DNA of 63,080 bases, filler included, from Octopus bimaculoides (Eukaryota), in the NCBI RefSeq assembly GCF_001194135.2. It is 6 parts of 5 records of this genome, joined end to end, with 100 filler letters (N's around TTAATTAATTAA, not from the genome) between each part and the next. Parts side by side here need not be neighbours in the genome. Positions count along the whole stretch, not along the records: positions 1 to 16,545 come from NC_069003.1; 5 more parts are not named here. One strand, given 5' to 3'. Positions within the stretch are counted from its first letter, which is position 1; each line of letters begins with the position of its first letter. The notes below the pieces were generated by a model that was not told the origin of the DNA, made no database searches, and saw only the letters and a program-made list of their open reading frames with translations. Positions 1-10,832 of this stretch are shown here, piece after piece. The position numbers and the translations under genes were made by a program.

Positions 1-305
1 CATAACCTGATCTAACAGCTTGATGCCTCTGTAATTATTTGTATCTAAAGCGTCCCCTTTACCTTTGTAGCAGTTGACTATGATGCTGCTACACCAGTCA
101 TAGGGTATGACTCCTTCGTGTATCACCTGGTTCGTAATACGGGTGACTAGGCTATAGCCAACACTGCCAGATATTTTGAGCATCTCTGCAGTGATTCCTG
201 ATGGGCCGGGGGCTTTCCCGGTCTTCATACTCTTAATTGCTTTATCTACCCTGGTACTATCAACTCGGATAGCTGGTCCCTCTATTGGGTCGACATAAGG
301 CAGGC
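1..305 (-). mobile_element. RTE-clade LINE ORF2 fragment (region just N-terminal of the RT core), runs off the window edge
   Basis: Open minus frame LPYVDPIEGPAIRVDSTRVDKAIKSMKTGKAPGPSGITAEMLK...IPYDWCSSIIVNCYKGKGDALDTNNYRGIKLLDQVM, with the typical K-A-P-G-x-x-G-I and KGKGD..NYRGIxLL LINE motifs. Confidence 0.85.
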
Positions 306-351
306 TCTCTTTCTCCCCAACAACAAAAACACAACCAAAAGCAGCAGTAGC

Positions 352-700
352 AACAACAACATCGGAGACTCCACCTTTCGGTCATGAATTTTTATGGGAT
401 TTCACCTAGAAAGTTACCCTCCCAGGCACAAGTCTGGGCAAGGTTGTTTATGGAAGACCAGAAGTCGCCATGCATACCGGCCTCCGCTCTCCATGCCACC
501 AGTGTTATCCAAGGGAAAGGCAAAGGGGCCGATACAGCTTGGCACCAGTGATGTCGCAACTCATTTCTACAGCTGAGTGAACTGGAGCAATGTGAAGTAA
601 AGGGTCTTACTCAAGAACACAACACACAGCCTGGTCCGGGATTCAAACTCACAACCTCACAGTCATAACTTTGACGCTCTAACCACTGAGCCATGCACCT
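352..700 (-). mobile_element. tRNA-derived SINE
   Basis: Minus strand begins GCATGGCTCAGTGGTTAGAGCG...GTTTGAATCCCGG (A/B-box-like), then a TTGCTCCAGTTCACTCAGCTG central domain and a (TTG)n-like tail. Confidence 0.7.
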
Positions 701-750
701 TCACAGCAAGGCAACAACAACAAGATCATCGTTAAAGAGAAGTTACTTAC

Positions 751-829
751 TTGAATGGAATACATGATAATTTTGAAACATTTGATGGCAAAATCATTCG
801 GAACCCAGAGCTTATGTAGATCAAGGTGG
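751..829 (-). CDS. EFR3: EFR3 exon (last in window): (V)HLDLHKLWVPNDFAIKCFKIIMYSIQ
   Basis: ttgcAG acceptor at 831-830, GTAAGT donor at 750; 79 nt, phase 2 to 0; matches the conserved EFR3 HLDxHxLW..N.FA..CFKIIMYSIQ segment. Confidence 0.93.
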
Positions 830-1048
830 CTGCAATGAAAAGAAGAAATAAACACAAGATTAACATATTAACTCTGACAGGATTAAAAAAAAACAAAACA
901 AAAGCAGTACTGTGGTTGATTTGTTTGCCCTTCAAGGCAACAAACCCAGCATGGCCACAGTACAGTGAGTAAAACAAGAAGATATCAAAGACACTTTTTA
1001 GGAAAAGATTAAATAGTTTATTTTATGAAATATTTTCATACTTTAAAT

Positions 1049-1467
1049 CATCATCATCATCATCATAGTTTAATGTCCGCTTTCCATGCTAGCATGGGTT
1101 GGACGATTTGACTGAGGACTGGTGAAACTAGATGGCTACACCAGGCTCCAACCTGATTTGGCAGAGTTTCTACAGCTGGATGCCCTTCCTAACGCCAACC
1201 ACTCAGAGAGTGTAGTGGGTGCTTTTACGTGCCACCGGCACGAAGGCCAGTCAGGCGGTACTGGCAACGGCTACGCTCAAAATGGTGTATTTTATATGCT
1301 ACCCGCACAAAAGCCAGTCATGGGGCACTGGCAACGATCTCGCTTGAAAGTCCATTACACATGCCACGGGCACAAGTGCCAGAAAGGCAACGCTGGGCAC
1401 AGGTGCCGTGCAGGTGTGGCTGTGTGCTTCCCAACCACACAGTTCCAGCACAGGTATTTTTTACATG
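1049..1467 (+). repeat. (CAT)n-headed dispersed repeat; further copies at 2341-2873 and 60755-61057
   Basis: Near-identical CATCATC..TTTAA.GTCCGCTTTCCATGCTAGCATGGGTTGGACGATTTGACTGAGGACTGG...CAGCTGGATGCCCTTCCTAACGCCAACCACTCAGAGAGTG in three places; explains the three similar ORF-track peptides. Confidence 0.85.
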
Positions 1468-1632
1468 NNNNNNNNNNNNNNNNNNNNNNNNNNNNNNNNN
1501 NNNNNNNNNNNNNNNNNNNNNNNNNNNNNNNNNNNNNNNNNNNNNNNNNNNNNNNNNNNNNNNNNNNNNGGATGTGTTGATGTATTTAATCAAAGACAAA
1601 CGGTAAAAGGAAGAAGCAAAACTGTCACTTAC

Positions 1633-1764
1633 ACTAAGACAGGCTTCAGTACAGATTTAATACTTCCGAATGAGGCACGACAAACAAGATCGCGGAATGT
1701 GGTTGCTGCTACAAGCGCTGGGTCATCCTCGTTTCTGGGACTCTCGGGTTCCAATGAATCCGAG
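1633..1764 (-). CDS. EFR3: EFR3 exon: (S)SDSLEPESPRNEDDPALVAATTFRDLVCRASFGSIKSVLKPVL(V)
   Basis: Poly-T tract plus cAG acceptor at 1766-1765, GTAAGT donor at 1632; 132 nt, phase 2 to 2; matches the EFR3 ..LAExCFRxLxxRAxFG...V.PV motif. Confidence 0.92.
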
Positions 1765-1974
1765 CTGAAGAAAAAAAAAAAAAAGCAAAACAGAAAAGAA
1801 AGAAAATTATAACAATTATAAAATGCATGAAATCAAGTGTGGCAAAAAAATGAAGAAGTTATAACTGTGCTACTGTTAAGGACAGGAAGGTAGCAAATGT
1901 TCGTTTGACACTTCACAAACTGGTTATCCTCTATCCTTTATCAATCAACACATACACAAACACACACACGTCTG

Positions 1975-2009
<35 letters not shown>

Positions 2010-2017
<8 letters not shown>

Positions 2018-2327
2018 GGCAATGTAGCCAATATTGGTGTCATGTAACAGGCACCCATGCCAGTGACATGTAAAAAGCACCATTCAAGCACTGGGCCTTA
2101 CAGAGGCAATGTGACTGATGTCGACGTCGCGTAACTGGCACCTGTGCAGGTGACACTTAGAAGCATCCATTACACCTTAGGAGTGGTTGGCATTACGAAT
2201 TGGCATCCAGCTGTAGAATCCATGCCAAATCAGACTGGAGTCTAGTGCAGATGATCAGCTTACCGACCCCAGTCAAACCATCCAACCCATGCCAGCATGG
2301 ACAACGAAAATTAAATGACGATGACAA
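2010..2327 (-). repeat. Diverged inverted copy of the (CAT)n-headed repeat; related copies at about 3275-3530 (+) and 11255-11470 (-)
   Basis: The reverse complement of 2171-2325 aligns with 2341-2500 (TCCATGCT.GCATGGGTTGGA.G.TTTGACTG...CTCCAGTCT.ATTTGGCA..G..TCTACAGCTGGATGCC). Confidence 0.75.
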
Positions 2328-2871
2328 TGATATATACATATCATCATCATCATCATCGTTTAACGTCCGCTTTCCATGCTAGCATGGGTTGGACGATTTG
2401 ACTGAGGACTGGTGAAACCGGATGGCAACACCAGGCTCCAGTCTAATTTGGCAGAGTTTCTACAGCTGGATGCCCTTCCTAACGCCAACCACTCAGAGAG
2501 TGTAGTGGGTGCTTTTACGTGTCACCCGCACGAAAACGGCCACGCTCGAAATGGTGTCTTTTNNNNNNNNNNNNNNNNNNNNNNNNNNNNNNNNNNNNNN
2601 NNNNNNNNNNNNNNNNNNNNNNNNNNNNNNNNNNNNNNNNNNNNNNNNNNNNNNNNNNNNNNNNNNNNNNNNNNNNNNNNNNNNNNNNNNNNNNNNNNNN
2701 NNNNNNNNNNNNNNNNNNNNNNNNNNNNNNNNNNNNNNNNNNNNNNNNNNNNNNNNNNNNNNNNNNNNNNNNNNNNNNNNNNNNNNNNNNNNNNNNNNNN
2801 NNNNNNNNNNNNNNNNNNNNNNNATCTCGCTCGAAAATCTTACGGGAGCCAGTCAGGCGGTACTGGCAACG

Positions 2872-2913
<42 letters not shown>

Positions 2914-2918
<5 letters not shown>

Positions 2919-3245
2919 GGTGTCATAAAAGGTACTGATGGGTTTCAATTTTTGATAACTTCCTTAACTTTACAAACAAAGGCATGAAAGCTTGATACAT
3001 TATGAAGGACATAATGGAAATTATTATGCACGAGTCACATTTAGCAACACCACTACATCACATATGAAAAATGATATTGCTTAAATGACAGCCATGTTTG
3101 GTTTCATACACCCATGCTCTTTCCAAAGACTTGCACCATAGCACCCTCAAGAGTTTCAGACCCCACTTCTCTGATTTCTCTATTGATATTCTCCTTCAGT
3201 TGCACCAGGGTTTCCGGTTTGTTGACATAAACCGTCTCTTTCATG
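2914..3245 (-). mobile_element. Tc1/mariner 3' fragment (transposase C-terminus plus TIR)
   Basis: Minus frame MKETVYVNKPETLVQLKENINREIREVGSETL resembles the mariner C-terminal LK..VY..KP.TL..LK..I; TA-CAGGGTGTC terminus at 2914. Confidence 0.65.
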
Positions 3246-3783
3246 GGTAGGATGGTTCACAGGAGCTGGCCAGGTAGAAAAACTTCTCTGGGCTACAGTG
3301 TCTGTTTTGGCAGGGTTTTTACAGCTGGATGCCCTTCTTAACACCGACCACTTCGCAGATTGGATTCAGTGCTTTTTACATGGCACTAGCACAGGTGAGG
3401 TTAGTTTTGGCATGATTTTCAGAGCTGGATGCCCTTCCAAATGCCAACCACATTACAGTGTGGACTGGATGCTTTTAACATGGCACCAACACTGGCAGAG
3501 TAACCAAGTAACTCACAAGACAAGGAAGTATAAGAGAGGCAGAGGCATTTGAGGAGGGGAACTTGTATCAGAGGATGAAAGGTCAGAGGGTGACAAAGAG
3601 ACAGAAAGGCAGAAACAAGTGTCTCACTATAACAGAGGGGGCACTGCAGGAGGTGATCCAGTAGCAGATGATAAAAGGTTAGAATGTGTCAGAGAAACAA
3701 GGAGGCAGAAATAGGTGTCTTGCTGTAGAACAGGTACATGGTTACCAAGCGCGAGAGAGAGAGTGACAGAGAATGAGGGCAGA

Positions 3784-3826
<43 letters not shown>

Positions 3827-4347
3827 TANNNNNNNNNNNNNNNNNNNNNNNNNNNNNNNNNNNNNNNNNNNNNNNNNNNNNNNNNNNNNNNNNNNNNNNN
3901 NNNNNNNNNNNNNNNNNNNNNNNNNNNNNNNNNNNNNNNNNNNNNNNNNNNNNNNNNNNNNNNNNNNNNNNNNNNNNNNNNNNNNNNNNNNNNNNNNNNN
4001 NNNNNNNNNNNNNNNNNNNNNNNNNNNNNNNNNNNNNNNNNNNNNNNNNNNNNNNNNNNNNNNNNNNNNNNNNNNNNNNNNNNNNNNNNNNNNNNNNNNN
4101 NNNNNNNNNNNNNNNNNNNNNNNNNNNNNNNNNNNNNNNNNNNNNNNNNNNNNNNNNNNNNNNNNNNNNNNNNNNNNNNNNNNNNNNNNNNNNNNNNNNN
4201 NNNNNNNNNNNNNNNNNNNNNNNNNNNNNNNNNNNNNNNNNNNNNNNNNNNNNNNNNNNNNNNNNNNNNNNNNNNNNNNNNNNNNNNNNNNNNNNNNNNN
4301 NNNNNNNNNNNNNNNNNNNNNNNNNNNNNNNNNNNNNNNNNNNNNNC

Positions 4348-4435
4348 CTGTAGAATTTGAACTCAGAACATAAAGTCAGACAAAATGCCACTAAGTATTT
4401 CACCCAGCATGCTAACGATTCTGCCAGCTCACCAC
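4348..4435 (-). mobile_element. SINE family A (GGCGGCGAGCTGGCAGAA head), 5' fragment next to a gap
   Basis: GAATTTGAACTCAGAAC...GCTAACGATTCTGCCAGCTCACC matches the other family A copies. Confidence 0.75.
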
Positions 4436-4589
4436 TTTATGTAAACAAAGAATAAGAATTCTTTCTGCAATAGGCAAAAAGTTTGGAATTTTGAAAGCGG
4501 GGAAGAAAAGTCAATTACACACACACACACACATACACAGACACACACATACATACACAGACACACACACACATATATATATATATATA

Positions 4590-4799
4590 CAGGGTTGGCC
4601 AAAAGTCACCTGACGGTAAATCAAAACTATTTAATTCCAAGATTTATTTATGTTTAACAAGTGAATGAATTCAATAAAAGCATCTAGACATGAAACATCA
4701 TGAAAATTGTTCAAACTGAAGTCCAAATGAATAAATAAAACAAAATATTAAATATTTATGGAATTTTGATTTACTGTTGGATGGCTTTTGGCCAACCAC

Positions 4800-4800
<1 letters not shown>
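4590..4800. mobile_element. Tc1/mariner-type MITE
   Basis: Imperfect TIRs CAGGGTTGGCCAAAAGTCACC / GGATGGCTTTTGGCCAACCACA, flanked by TA. Confidence 0.65.
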
Positions 4801-4841
<41 letters not shown>

Positions 4842-4844
<3 letters not shown>

Positions 4845-5160
4845 CAATTTAGGTTAGTTGAAATATATTTGTCACATATTTCAACTGCTAAAGGCAAATA
4901 CACTGCAGTTATCGTGGAGAAAAAAATGTCTCTTATGGTTAAAAGGTGTGAAAACACCCAGTTCATTCAGTGTCGCCATCTCTCGGGAATCTCAGACATC
5001 GATGTTTCAAGTTTATTGACTCTTGTCAACGAGGCGTACTCAAGAGAGACAACTCTGAACAAACTAAGAGAGATTTCTTTTTTTCCATGGTAACTGCAGT
5101 GAATTTGCCTTTAGTAGTTGAAATACATGACAAACATATTTCAACTAACTTAAATTGTGA
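4842..5160. mobile_element. Fold-back MITE with about 90-bp TIRs
   Basis: TCACAATTTAGGTTAGTTGAAATAT...CACTGCAGTTATCGTGGA versus TCCATGGTAACTGCAGTG...TATTTCAACTAACTTAAATTGTGA. Confidence 0.8.
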
Positions 5161-5192
5161 TTCATAAACACTGCTTTGTGCCATTACTTCAT

Positions 5193-5228
<36 letters not shown>

Positions 5229-5401
5229 TAGTAAGGTGGCATAGTTGTGCAGCATAGGTGAGATAATATGGTGGTCAGCTGGTTGGTTAAGATGCATAGG
5301 AGTGGCATGAGCTTATGATAGTGGAGTTGCTTAAGAAATGTGAACTGGACTGCGAGAGGTGACTGTAAAGGGTGTGTGTGTGTGTGTGTGTTTATTTTTA
5401 C

Positions 5402-5446
5402 CTGATATAAAATGACTCCGTTGCATTGTCATCTTCATCAGTCATT
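5402..5446 (-). CDS. EFR3: Candidate 45-nt EFR3 cassette exon: (R)MTDEDDNATESFYI(S)
   Basis: ttattAG acceptor at 5448-5447 after a very long polypyrimidine tract, AG|GTAAAA donor at 5401; phase 2 to 2, stop-free and in frame between exons 6959-7096 and 1633-1764. Confidence 0.6.
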
Positions 5447-5778
5447 CTAATAACAGAAGATAGAAATAGAAGAGGAGGTGGAAGAAAAAAAAAAAAAAAG
5501 AGAAAGCATAAGAAAAGATAAAAAGAAAGAAAGGGCAAAGTAGATGTACAAAAAAAAAAGAACAAAGAAAAAAACAATGAAGAAAAAAACAATGAAGAAA
5601 AAAGAATATAGAAGAATGAAGAAGATAAATAACAAAAATAAAAAGGGTTTGAAGTTTAGGCACACAGCCAACAATTTTAGTGGGGGAGGAAGTCCAATTA
5701 CCATATTTTAACATATACAAGGAACCCTCGTGTNNNNNNNNNNTTTGCAGTAAGTTTTACTAAATGTAGAATTATTTA

Positions 5779-6028
5779 ATTGTGTCTGGGGAGAGTCATT
5801 TTCTTATTGTGCCTTGAAATTTAACACACTCACCGTTAAAATTTCCACTTATTTCTTATTTCTATTTTCCTAAAATTTTCGTTGCATCTTGCAACCTTAT
5901 CAATAGACTTGACTGTCAAGACTATTGAAAATTTTAGGAAAATAAAAATAAGAAATAAGTGGAAATTTTAATGGTGAGTGTGTTAAATTTCAAGGCACGA
6001 TAAGAAAATGACTCTCCCCAGACACAAT
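5779..6028. mobile_element. Near-perfect fold-back element (MITE)
   Basis: 102-bp arms at 5779-5880 and 5927-6028; the spacer contains two small hairpins (GTTGC/GCAAC; CAATAG..CTTGAC/GTCAAG..CTATTG). Confidence 0.85.
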
Positions 6029-6635
6029 AGAATATCCTTCAACACACAAAATCACATAAAAAAATCTTGCAAACCAAATCCAAAAACGAAAAATGGAATT
6101 ATTTAGTAAAACTAAAACGCTACTTCTCAAAGTATGCTTCAGAAACAATGTGTGTCCTACAGTTATATGAAGTGAATAATAACAGGCATACAAGCAGAAG
6201 AGATAAATGCCAGATAACGCTCACTTTTATGATATGCTTTTGATAAAATTCACCAGAAAAAGATAAATACTGAATAATAAATACAATTGCAAGAATGCAG
6301 ACAGCATTTGACATTAAAAAACATAAATTTTGAATGGGCAAGCTTTGAGAAGATCAAATATATCACTGGTTACCCTTTTGAATCAAAAATATCAAGCTGC
6401 CATAAGGAATAATCTACAACGTAAGAGATGAATATTCGCAGAATAACAGCTGGCTTTTACTCTGACCCACATCATTGGTCAGGTCTACAGCTTCATTAAA
6501 TCTAACATAATATTTTGCTTGCTAAGAGGATATCAAAGAAGTAGGTCCTGTACAACAAACAGTTCCACCTTGTTGAAGGCAGAGACACAAGGAGAGCTCG
6601 TCTCTAAATAACAAAGGACTCGGAAAGGGCTACAG

Positions 6636-6912
6636 CAGGGGTTTTCAAACTTTTTGACTTGCGGACCCCTTTATATTTCAGGCTTTACCTTAGGGACCCC
6701 CTTATAAACGCTTATGAAATTTATACATAAATATTTGCTTAAAATAACATATTTTTACATTTATTTATTTAACAGTATTTAACAAATAGGTTTATTGTCA
6801 ATTAAAAGATTTCAATTAAAAAACATATATAAAATTAAATTGCCCATAAAAAGTATTTGCTGTCCACGGAGCCCCTGTCTTGTCCTTGCGGACCACAGTT
6901 TGAAAACCCTTG
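6636..6912. mobile_element. hAT (Buster/Charlie-type) MITE
   Basis: TIRs CAGGGGTTTTCAAACT / AGTTTGAAAACCCTTG; 8-bp TSD GGCTACAG at 6628-6635 and 6913-6920. Confidence 0.9.
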
Positions 6913-6958
6913 GGCTACAGGAGATATTAGAAGAAGGCAATATGATGGTGGTGCTTAC

Positions 6959-7096
6959 CTGGGATCATGCATGTTGTACAGCAATGATGGAACTATTTTG
7001 TCCATGTGTACACTCTCCCATATGTTCACTTGTAACTCATCACTAACTGTTTTACGTACAACTCCTTGGATACCTCGCAGACCTGCTGTGCGGATC
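6959..7096 (-). CDS. EFR3: EFR3 exon: (K)IRTAGLRGIQGVVRKTVSDELQVNIWESVHMDKIVPSLLYNMHDP(R/S)
   Basis: ttccAG acceptor at 7098-7097, AG|GTAAGC donor at 6958; 138 nt, phase 2 to 2; hallmark EFR3 R.AG..GIQGVVRKTV.DEL...IW...HMDKIVPSLL.NM. Confidence 0.96.
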
Positions 7097-7415
7097 CTGG
7101 AATAATAGAGAGACCAACATTCATTGCTTGTATACATACATACAAGTGTGTATGCATGTGCAAGTATAAATGCGTGTGTGTGCATGTATATATGCATGAG
7201 TGTGTGTATGTGTTATCATTGTTTAATATATACATANNNNNNNNNNNNNNNNNNNNNNNNNNNNNNNNNNNNNNNNNNNNNNNNNNNNNNNNNNNNNNNN
7301 NNNNNNNNNNNNNNNNNNNNNNNNNNNNNNNNNNNNNNNNNNNNNNNNNNNNNNNNNNNNNNNNNNNNNNNNNNNNNNNNNNNNNNNNNNNNNNNNNNNN
7401 NNNNNNNNNNNNNNN

Positions 7416-7453
<38 letters not shown>

Positions 7454-7519
7454 CCAGAGTAAGCACATAAATGTGAAACAAGGTGGGAAGAAATAGTACT
7501 CGAATACCAGAGGTAGAGT

Positions 7520-7695
7520 AATATGCTTTATTATTAAAGCTGCTAAAACATCACAAAAAAACTGCTCCTCAGAGCTTCACATTCCCGTACATCAGACAGT
7601 TAAGATTCAGAATCGAAAATGTCCAATGAACGGAAATGTAAAACTCTGAGTAGCAGTATTTTTGTGATGTCTTTGCAGCTTTGATAATGAAGAGT
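7520..7695. mobile_element. Short imperfect fold-back MITE
   Basis: AAAGCTGCTAAAACATCACAAAAAAACTGCTCCTCAGAGCTTCACATTCCCGT versus ACGGAAATGTAAAACTCTGAGTAGCAGTATTTTTGTGATGTCTTTGCAGCTTT. Confidence 0.65.
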
Positions 7696-8224
7696 ATATA
7701 TCACCATTATTATCATCATGATGGTGATGGAACTATTTCAGTGTGTGGTCTACTGCAGCATCTATAGTCGACACTGCGAGATGACCTTTCCTTACTAAAG
7801 TGTAAATGGCCAGGTAGGCTGTATGCTAAAGTGGCACCTATAAATGTGTGTGTGTGTGTGTATGTATGTGTATGTGTGTGTGTGTGGCATTGTGAAGGCA
7901 TGCAGCCATAGAAACCATGCCTGAGCTGCCATTCAGCTGACCAGCTTCTCATTCCTTTGTTGCCCACAAGGGGCTAAACATAGAGGGGACAAACAAGCCC
8001 ACCGCCTTAAAACCGTCCGGCTTATTCCAGCATGGAAAATGGATGTTAAATGATGATGATATATATATTTATGTATATACAATGTATGTATGAGCGTGCA
8101 TGTGTGTGTATATNNNNNNNNNNNNNNNNNNNNNNNNNNNNNNNNNNATATATATATATATATAAAACAGAAAATTCACAAATTGTAAAAAGAGATCCAT
8201 TTCTTGCGTTTGTTCAACACATAC

Positions 8225-8346
8225 TTGAGTCGGTCACTTTCAGAAACTTCATCACAATGGCACATGGCACTAAAGCGCGACACAAAGAAATCATAACGAC
8301 GATGGTATGATGGTGTATCTTCCTCTATGTTGGTAAATTTTACAAA
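8225..8346 (-). CDS. EFR3: EFR3 exon: FVKFTNIEEDTPSYHRRYDFFVSRFSAMCHCDEVSESDRL(K)
   Basis: gaccAG acceptor at 8348-8347, GTATGT donor at 8224; 122 nt, phase 0 to 2; invariant EFR3 motif EEDTPSYHRRYDFFVS. Confidence 0.97.
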
Positions 8347-8429
8347 CTGGTCAAAGAGAAAGAAAAATAATCAGACACCATTTTACAATTACCACGAGAT
8401 GTTAAAACAAGAAACATACAAACATTTAT

Positions 8430-8722
8430 TTACTTTTTTTGTCTTGTTTCAGTCATTAGACTACAGTCATTCTGGAGCACCACATTGAAGAATTTCTCAA
8501 CCCTAGTACTTATTATATTGCTAACTTACAGGGACATAAACACACAAACGCTGGTTGTCAAACGGTGGTGAGGGACAGGGCTTCCTTCAGTTTCCATCTA
8601 CCAAATCCACTCACATGGCTTTGGTCAATCCAAAACACTTGTCCTAAGTGCCACTGAGTGGAACTGAACTTGGAACCATGTGGTTGGGAAGTAAACTTCT
8701 TACCACACAGCCATACCTGCAC
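8430..8722 (-). mobile_element. SINE family B (AGGCGCAGGAGTGGCTGTGTGGTAAG head), internally deleted
   Basis: CTTACCACACAGCCATACCTGC head and TTGTTTCAGTCATTAGACT...GGAGCACCAC tail, shared with other copies. Confidence 0.75.
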
Positions 8723-8723
8723 T

Positions 8724-8768
<45 letters not shown>

Positions 8769-9498
8769 GTGATGGATGTATATATAATCTCATATTACGC
8801 TCTATACTCAAGTAATGCTTTTCTCTGAAGCATTCATAGAACAAGTTCTAATAACAGGTTACTAGTATTACTCTGCCTAAAAGAATAACAATATAGTAAT
8901 GCCCAGTACCACAGAGTTGCTCATCAGTTGTTTGACCTTAACCCATTTAGCATGTTCCTTAGTGGCTGACCATATGTGCATCTCTGATCATGAGCAGGAG
9001 AAGTGGAGGAGCATCATAGCCATGTGTTGGGAGGAATTCTTTGGGGTTTGAACAATTCACTTCTGGAAACATAGGTGTTTCAGTCATCATCCCTAAGGAG
9101 ACCTTTTGAACAAGATGGGCTACTTGACCTGAAGAAAATTCTAACTGCAAGGTCATGCACTGTTTATCTTCATACAAGGTCACCATGTTGCACACATGTG
9201 GTTGTGATTCATGTACCTGGTGTACCCTTACCAGACAGGTAGTCATGATGGGTATACTGGACCTCATATATTTGTACCTTAGTGTTACTTTGATGGCATG
9301 CACTGCTCTCTCACTCAATAATAATATATACATATGCAATGAGCTTCTTTCAGTTTCCGTTTCCAGAGCTAGTCTAGAAAACGTTTGCCCAAGATGCCAT
9401 GCAATGGGACTGAAACCGAAATTATGTGTTTGGGAAGCCAACATCTTACTAAGCTGCTGCAACTGCACCCATATTGGAATAATTTGAGCGACACTTAC

Positions 9499-9649
9499 TG
9501 AAGATGTGGCAAGAATCTGCAGGTCCACGTTGTCGTACTCGAGCAACTTCTGCACCATCTTAAGATAGCTCTCCACAAATAAATTAATGGCTTGAGCATG
9601 GCAGGCCACTAGAAGCTGGTCTAAGGCATCCATTGCAAGGAAGACAAAT
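9499..9649 (-). CDS. EFR3: EFR3 exon: (G)FVFLAMDALDQLLVACHAQAINLFVESYLKMVQKLLEYDNVDLQILATSS
   Basis: ttttcAG acceptor at 9651-9650, GTAAGT donor at 9498; 151 nt, phase 2 to 0; matches EFR3 AM.ALDQLL.ACH....FVES.L.MV.KLLE. Confidence 0.97.
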
Positions 9650-9780
9650 CTGAAAATATAAAAAAAAAAACACAATTAAAGAAAGCAGTAATTAATCAAC
9701 AAAAGTAAAAATACCATTAAGGCAGACCTATTATAATAGGTCTATACCATTAAGGCAGACCTATTATAATAGGTCTATAC

Positions 9781-10249
9781 CAGTGATTCCCAAACTACGA
9801 GTCGTGACCCACTGACGGGTTGCGAACGGAATCCTAGTGGGTCGCAAAAAGTTATAAAATTACGCATTAACTTTAACTGCTGTCTATTGAGATAGTTCAA
9901 GACTCGTGTTTTCAATACCAGACTGGTTGTTTTATCAAGCAGTAGGCTTTTGCCACGAACTTAACAAATCAGAGGTGGTCATTTTCTCAAGTTATTTATT
10001 CATATGTAATCGTAAAAAGGAAAAGTCTGTTTTTACCTATTTATAGAGAACTTTAACTAGGCGCAGTACAACACTGATCGAGCCGATAACAGTTACTGCT
10101 TCGAGGTTTTGTATTAGAGTTAATACCTGCCCATAGGGTATGGAGACGTTGAAACAGTTATAAAACGTTTTGTTTCACATTTAATATAAATAGATTTTAA
10201 CCCAGTAGAGTTAAGTGGGTCGCGTCTCTAAAAAGTTTGGGAACCACTG
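9781..10249. mobile_element. hAT (Buster-type) MITE
   Basis: TIRs CAGTGATTCCCAAACT / AGTTTGGGAACCACTG; 8-bp TSD GTCTATAC at 9773-9780 and 10250-10257. Confidence 0.9.
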
Positions 10250-10312
10250 GTCTATACCATTAAGGCAGACCTGGGGCTCAACAAGACAAATGCGAGAGGT
10301 TTCTTTTCTTAC

Positions 10313-10443
10313 CCTATTCGTCGATGTCGATGAATATCTCTGTTAACACGCTGTGCCAGATACTCTCCAATTCGGTCCAACTTTTCAGGTGTACTCAGGG
10401 CATAGAATAACAGTTTTTCCATATTACTTTTAACCAAGCCATC
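10313..10443 (-). CDS. EFR3: EFR3 exon: DGLVKSNMEKLLFYALSTPEKLDRIGEYLAQRVNRDIHRHRRI(G)
   Basis: ttccAG acceptor at 10445-10444, GG|GTAAGA donor at 10312; 131 nt, phase 0 to 2; conserved DGLVK..MEKL.FYA.S.PEKLDRIG.YL. Confidence 0.97.
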
Positions 10444-10554
10444 CTGGAAATAAACCAATAAAAACAAAATGTCAAATAAATAATAATGATGATAATAATT
10501 CTTTCTGCTATGAGCACAAAGTCTGAGATTTTGGGGGTGAGGAACAGTCAATTT

Positions 10555-10712
10555 TATCGACTATTACTCAAACTGGTACTTACTTTATCGACCCCCGAAA
10601 GGATAAAAGGCAAAGTTGACCTCGGCGGAATTTGAACTTGGAACATAGTGAAGAGTGAAATACTACTAAGCATTTCATCCAACACGCTAACGATTCTGTC
10701 AGCTCACTACCT
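10555..10712 (-). mobile_element. SINE family A
   Basis: TATCGACCCCCGAAAGGATAAAAGGCAAAGTTGACCTCGGCGGAATTTGAAC...CTGTCAGCTCAC. Confidence 0.8.
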
Positions 10713-10800
10713 TCACACCACCGCCGCCGCTGCCAGTCTTCTTCAGGTGTCTTGGGGAAATTTCGAACCTGGGTTCTCATTCCTAAGGTATTTTTCAATG

Positions 10801-10832
<32 letters not shown>

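Noticed and set aside
6520-6606. Possible phase-2 exon (DELSLCLCLQQGG...) after an AG in the EFR3 intron
   Set aside because: No EFR3 similarity, no good donor, and an in-frame stop follows.
8959-9675. 238-aa ORF read as a single gene
   Set aside because: Only 9499-9649 is EFR3-like and bounded by splice sites; the rest is intron read-through.
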